Below, piece after piece: positions 59,378-64,000 of a stretch of 64,000 nucleotides of DNA. The notes under the pieces were generated by a model. The model was not told where the DNA came from. It did no database searches and saw nothing but the letters and a program-made list of their open reading frames with translations. Location: positions 2,333 to 66,332 of the forward strand of contig JAOUMB010000006.1 in assembly GCA_029881725.1 (NCBI GenBank), read 5' to 3'. The position numbers and the translations under genes were made by a program. Source of the stretch: Nitrospirota bacterium (GTDB lineage: Bacteria; Nitrospirota; JACRHL01). The number at the start of each line of letters is the position of its first letter. The first letter of the stretch is position 1.

Positions 59378-62300
59378 ATGCGTTTGATCCTGTTCGCGGT
59401 CAACAACCCGGTTTTCGTCAACCTGGCGCTGTTCCTTTCCATCCTGTCCGGCGGCTATTTCTACGCCACCATGACCCGCGAGGTATTTCCCGAAATCCCC
59501 CTCGACATGATTGCCGTGTCCACCGCCTATCCCGGCATCAGCCCGGAGGAGGTGGAAAAGGAAATCACCATCCCGCTGGAGGACGCGGTCCATGCCATCA
59601 GCGGCATCGACGAGGTTAACTCCCGCTCCGTCGAGGGGCTGTCCATGCTGGAGCTGAAGCTGGAGCAGGACGTGTCCATGGCCAAGGTGGCCCAGGACGT
59701 GCGCAGCGAGATCGAACGGCTGGTGGATCTGCCCGAGGACGCGGAAGATCCGGTGGTGGTGGAAATCGAGAGCCAGTTTCCGGTGATCAGCGTCACCGTG
59801 CACGGGGACGTGCCGGAGGATGCCCTGCGCGCCACGGCCCGCGATCTGGAGAGCGCCATCGACGGCATTCGCGGGGTGGCGGCGGTAACCCTGACCGGCT
59901 ACCGGGACCAGGAAGTGGCTGTGGCGCTGGACCCGTTGCGCATGGCCGCCTTCGGGGTGGGGGCCGCCCAGGTGGCGGAAGCCATCCGCGCCCGCAACCA
60001 GAACCTGCCCGCCGGGGTGATTCGCGGCAGCCGCAGCGAGTTTCTGGTGCGCACCAAGGGGCAGTATGACAACCCGGAGCGGCTGGCCGAAGTGGTGGTC
60101 CGGCGCGGCGCCGATGGACGTCACGTGCGCCTGCGCGATGTGGGCACCGTTACCGTCGGGTACGAGGATGTGGCGGATTTCGGCAAAATGAACGGGGAGC
60201 GGGCCATCACCCTGGACGTTTCCAAGAAACGCGCGGGCGACACCATCGCCATCGTCAGCGAGATCAGCCGGATCATCGAGCGGGTCGACCTGTCGACGGC
60301 GCCGGGCCTGTCCATAACCACCACCCGCGACGGTTCGGTCTGGATCGCGTCGCGCCTGCGCACCCTCTATATAAATGGCGCCATCGGTTTTGTGCTGGTC
60401 TGCCTCACCCTGTTTGCGCTACTCGACTGGCGCATGGCGTTCTGGGCGGCGGTGGGCATCCCCACGTCGTTTTTGATCGCCTTTATTTTTATGAAAATTT
60501 TCGGGATGAGCGTGAACATGTTGTCCCTGTTCGCGCTCATCGTGGTGCTGGGGCTGATCGTGGACGATGCCATCATCGTGACCGAAAACGTGTACCGGTA
60601 TCTGTTGAAGGGGATGCCCCCGCGGGTGGCCGCGGTGGTGGGCACGGCGGAGGTGATGGTGCCGGTGCTGGCCGCCACCACGACCACCATGGCGGCGTTT
60701 CTCCCCATGATGCTGATGACCGGCATCATGGGCAAGTTCATGAAGGTGATTCCCATCGTGGTGGTGTTCTGCCTGATGGCCACCATGATCGAGTCACTGA
60801 TGATGCTGCCCAGCCATCTGGCCGACTTCAGTAAAGGGTTGAAATCCGGTGTGCGCCGGGAGGGGCGGCACTTCGTGGGCCTGCGCAAGCGGTATACGCG
60901 GCTGATCGTCACCGCCCTCCGCCACCGCTACGTGGCCGTGGCCCTGCTGATTGGCGGCGCCCTGCTGTGCGGGGTGGTGATGGTCTTCCACATGAAATTT
61001 GTCATGTTCAACACCAAGGACCTGCCGGGGTTCGCGGTGATGGTGGAGACCCCGGAGGGGTCGAGCCTGATCGAAATGGAGCGGGTGCTGGCCCAGGTGG
61101 AGGCGGCGGGCAGCCGCATTCCGCCCACGGATCTGAATGCCATGGTGTCGATGATCGGCAGCCAGTTCGATATTTCCACCGGACGCCAGAGCCTTGGCAG
61201 CAACCTGGGCATGATCTATTTCGAACTCGCCCACTTCGACGATCCGCAGCGGCGCAATGGCTATGTGGTGCTGAGCGATTTCCGCAAGCACCTCACCGGC
61301 ATCTCCGGTTATGAGTCGCTGCGGGTGGTGGAGACCCAGGGCGGACCGCCGGTGGGGCGGGCGGTGGAGGTGAAGGTGCGTGGCGAGCGTCCGGAAACCC
61401 TGCGGGTGATTGCCCGGGAAGTGGAGGATTATCTGAAAGGCGTGCCGGGCGTGAACGACGTGGTCAATGACGACGTGCTGGGCAAGCCGGAACTGACCGT
61501 GGTGGTGGATGAGGACCGGGCCGCCCTGTATGGCCTGAACGCGACCGCCATTGCGCGGGCGGTGCGCATTGCCTTCGAGGGGGAAAAGGTATCGGAAATC
61601 CGGCGCGGAAACGACACCCTGGACGTGGTGGTGCGCTACGCCGACGACTTCTCGGATCGCCCCCAGCGGCTGGACGAGGTTCGGGTGCACAGCCCGGTTT
61701 CCGGGTGGGTGCCCCTGTCCAGCGTGACCCGCGTGGAGATGACCCAGGGGGCGTCCGCCGTGGTGCGCAAGGACCGCAAGCGCACCATTCTGGTGTCGGC
61801 GGCGGTGGACAAGGAAGTCATCACGTCCACCGAGGCCAACCGGCAGGTCCGGGACGCCTTTGCCGACGTGCCGGTCCGTTATCCCGGCTATGAACTGCTG
61901 TACGGCGGCGAAAACGAGCAGCAGATGGAGTCGCTGGCCTCCCTGGGGCGGGCCACGGCGCTGGCGGTGCTGCTGATCTACCTGATCCTGGGCACCCTGT
62001 TCCGTTCCTTCGTGCAGCCGTTGGTCATTATGTGCACGGTGCCGTTTGCCATCGTCGGCGTGGTGGTGGGCCATATGGTAATGATGCAGCCGCTGGGGTT
62101 GCTGTCGCTGATCGGTCTGGCTGGACTCACCGGCGTGGTGGTCAACGACTCACTGGTGCTGGTGGCGTTCGTCAACAGCGCACGCCGGGCCGGAACCAAC
62201 CGCTGGTATTCGGTGGTGCGGGCGGCCCGGTACCGTCTGCGGCCGATTCTGCTTACCTCCATCACCACCATTCTTGGGCTGCTCACCCTCTCGTTCCAGA

Positions 62301-62548
62301 CCCGGGGGCAAGCGGCCTATCTGGCGCCAATGGCCATTTCCATCGTCTGGGGACTGGCCTTCGCCACCATTCTCACCCTGGTGATGGTGCCGTGCGTGCT
62401 GTCCATTCTGGATGACATCGGCGCCAGGCTCGGACGCCGGATCGGCCCGGCCACACGGGGAGAGCCACTGGAGGTCCAGGTCATGCGGGCCATGCGGGCA
62501 TTACCGGGCGAGGAGAACAGGGCGGGCAGGCGGGGAGGGGAAGGCTGA
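59378..62548 (+). CDS. RND efflux permease (AcrB-like)
   Basis: YPGISPEEVE, GLIVDDAII, RLRPILLTSITT; 1056 aa. Confidence 0.93.
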   Translation: MRLILFAVNNPVFVNLALFLSILSGGYFYATMTREVFPEIPLDMIAVSTAYPGISPEEVEKEITIPLEDAVHAISGIDEVNSRSVEGLSMLELKLEQDVSMAKVAQDVRSEIERLVDLPEDAEDPVVVEIESQFPVISVTVHGDVPEDALRATARDLESAIDGIRGVAAVTLTGYRDQEVAVALDPLRMAAFGVGAAQVAEAIRARNQNLPAGVIRGSRSEFLVRTKGQYDNPERLAEVVVRRGADGRHVRLRDVGTVTVGYEDVADFGKMNGERAITLDVSKKRAGDTIAIVSEISRIIERVDLSTAPGLSITTTRDGSVWIASRLRTLYINGAIGFVLVCLTLFALLDWRMAFWAAVGIPTSFLIAFIFMKIFGMSVNMLSLFALIVVLGLIVDDAIIVTENVYRYLLKGMPPRVAAVVGTAEVMVPVLAATTTTMAAFLPMMLMTGIMGKFMKVIPIVVVFCLMATMIESLMMLPSHLADFSKGLKSGVRREGRHFVGLRKRYTRLIVTALRHRYVAVALLIGGALLCGVVMVFHMKFVMFNTKDLPGFAVMVETPEGSSLIEMERVLAQVEAAGSRIPPTDLNAMVSMIGSQFDISTGRQSLGSNLGMIYFELAHFDDPQRRNGYVVLSDFRKHLTGISGYESLRVVETQGGPPVGRAVEVKVRGERPETLRVIAREVEDYLKGVPGVNDVVNDDVLGKPELTVVVDEDRAALYGLNATAIARAVRIAFEGEKVSEIRRGNDTLDVVVRYADDFSDRPQRLDEVRVHSPVSGWVPLSSVTRVEMTQGASAVVRKDRKRTILVSAAVDKEVITSTEANRQVRDAFADVPVRYPGYELLYGGENEQQMESLASLGRATALAVLLIYLILGTLFRSFVQPLVIMCTVPFAIVGVVVGHMVMMQPLGLLSLIGLAGLTGVVVNDSLVLVAFVNSARRAGTNRWYSVVRAARYRLRPILLTSITTILGLLTLSFQTRGQAAYLAPMAISIVWGLAFATILTLVMVPCVLSILDDIGARLGRRIGPATRGEPLEVQVMRAMRALPGEENRAGRRGGEG

Positions 62549-62613
62549 GGGCAAGCCGGTCTTTGCCCGCGACGCCTCCTCCGGAAAAATACGTACTGTT
62601 CACCGGTTTCCGG

Positions 62614-62643
62614 TTGACCGGCCCGGAACGGGTTCCTTACAAT
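62614..62643 (+). promoter_or_regulatory. Sigma70-type promoter for ccsA
   Basis: TTGACC-N18-TACAAT, about 130 nt before the start codon. Confidence 0.55.
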
Positions 62644-62773
62644 TCAGGGGTTCCAGAACGAGGGGGACGGGTGTGCCCCAAATGGCCTGCTGGCGGAGTG
62701 TGTCTGCCGGGGCACTGTTCCGGCCGTTCGTCGGCCGTACGTTATTCAAACGGATCGAACCGAGGAGTCGGGT

Positions 62774-64000
62774 GTGAATCTTTACGAACACGAAGCGGTC
62801 TCGAGCATTTACAAAAAGTACAAGGTTCCCCACGCCAATTTTGTGGTGGCAACCGAGCCGAACGATGAAGTGGCTCAGTTCGTCAAGGACAACGGCGGCG
62901 CCGTGGTCAAGGCGATGGTACTGGTCGGAAAGCGCGGCAAGGCCGGGGCAGTGAAGCTGGTCAACACCCCGGAAGAGGCTGCCAAGGCGGTTTCCGACAT
63001 CATGGGGATGCTGGTGTGGGGCGAGAAACCGGTAGCGGTGATGGTGTGCGAAAAAGCCAGTATCGTGGCCGAGCTGTACTGCGCCATTACCTATTCCACT
63101 GAAACCCGCAGCCCAGTGATCACCCTGAGCATGCAGGGCGGCATGGACGTGGAGGACATTGATCCGGCCGACATCCAGACCTTCCCGGTGAAGGCCCAGG
63201 CCGAGGTGGAGCCATACGAGATCCGCAACATGCTGGTCAAGATCGGGTTCACCAAGCAGTATGGCGAAATCCTGCGTCAGGCCTCCATGGCCATCGCCAA
63301 CGTCTACCAGGCGTTCTGGGGTGCCGAATGCCGCATGCTGGAGATCAACCCGCTGGCGGTGGTGAAGGTTTCCAAGAAGGACAAGAAGACCGGCGAGATG
63401 GTCGAAGCCCTGGACATTCGCGCACTGGACGCGGTGATCACTCTGGATGACGACGCCAGCATCCCGCCCCAGAAGATTTACGGTGAGCGTTCAGCTTACA
63501 TGCGCGAGCCGACCCAGCGCGAGGTGGACGCCCTGCTCATCGACCGTGACGACCATCGCGGCAAGGCCGGTTCCTATGTGGAGCCGGAAGACCTGAGCGG
63601 TGACATCGCCATGATGACCTTCGGTGGCGGCGGCTCTGCCGTGACCATCGAAACCTGCTACGACGTGGGTCTGCGTCCGGCCAATTTCACCGACATCGGC
63701 GGCAACCCGCCGGCGGAGAAGATGTACCGCATCGGTCGCATCATCCTGTCCAAGCCGGGCCTGAAGGGCGTGCTGGTGTGTGGTGGTACCGCCTCCAACA
63801 CCCGCATCGACGTGACCCTGGGCGAGGGCCTGGTGAACGCCATCGACGATCTGGCCAAGGAAGGGAAGCTGGACCGCGACCTGATCTGGGTGGTGCGCCG
63901 GGGCGGACCCGAGGTGGAAAAGGGCCTGAAACTGCTGGCCGAGTGCTTTGAGCGCAATGGCATCAAGGGCAAAATCTACGACTCCGAACTGCCGATCACC
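62774..64000 (+). CDS. ccsA: Citryl-CoA synthetase large subunit; partial, runs off right edge
   Basis: Not in ORF track. GAGGAG RBS and GTG start; 409 codons with no stop: MNLYEHEA..VLVGKRGKAGAVK..GGMDVE..LEINPL..DDDASIPP..LIDRDDHRGKAGSYVE..MMTFGGGGS..DIGGNPPAEKMY..CGGTASNTRIDVTLGEG. It lacks the SucC NGAGLAM and NIFGGI motifs and fits my recollection of Hydrogenobacter CcsA. Confidence 0.85.
   Translation, partial: MNLYEHEAVSSIYKKYKVPHANFVVATEPNDEVAQFVKDNGGAVVKAMVLVGKRGKAGAVKLVNTPEEAAKAVSDIMGMLVWGEKPVAVMVCEKASIVAELYCAITYSTETRSPVITLSMQGGMDVEDIDPADIQTFPVKAQAEVEPYEIRNMLVKIGFTKQYGEILRQASMAIANVYQAFWGAECRMLEINPLAVVKVSKKDKKTGEMVEALDIRALDAVITLDDDASIPPQKIYGERSAYMREPTQREVDALLIDRDDHRGKAGSYVEPEDLSGDIAMMTFGGGGSAVTIETCYDVGLRPANFTDIGGNPPAEKMYRIGRIILSKPGLKGVLVCGGTASNTRIDVTLGEGLVNAIDDLAKEGKLDRDLIWVVRRGGPEVEKGLKLLAECFERNGIKGKIYDSELPIT

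Noticed and set aside
62774-64000. sucC or aclB assignment for the last gene
   Set aside because: It lacks SucC signature motifs and fits CcsA better.

Overview
GC-rich (by eye about 65-70%), gene-dense bacterial chromosomal segment with about 57 CDSs. I found no rRNA, tRNA, CRISPR array, integrase or transposase. Left to right: (1) an alpha-E plus circularly permuted ATP-grasp pair running off the left edge, then comM; (2) a minus-strand run cvpA-aroE-queE-pepA-phhB-GT4-DCC-porin-periplasmic binding protein-MFS; (3) a plus-strand run of a MinD/FlhG-like ATPase, a J-like/HTH protein lacking HPD, a Rho-N/DUF4912 protein, a GH57 enzyme, an RluA-family synthase, lysS, lolC/E and lolD; (4) NmrA, MarR-YceI, a GAF-GAF kinase-like protein whose phospho-His is Gln, pepF, moaB, rhodanese, several glycosyltransferases, mutM and a TMTC-like GT-C/TPR protein; (5) bamA-skp-lpxD-fabZ-lpxA-lpxB-msbA-waaA-lpxK, followed by an ICMT/PEMT-family membrane methyltransferase, glycosyltransferases and a CDP-3,6-dideoxyhexose cluster; (6) a small lower-GC patch (RgpF-like gene and a methyltransferase); (7) an RND pair; (8) at the right edge, a partial gene missing from the ORF track that reads as the citryl-CoA synthetase large subunit (ccsA), a reverse-TCA marker. 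A GC-rich autotrophic Gram-negative, possibly Nitrospirota, is an inference. All family calls come from motif recognition by eye; no searches were run.
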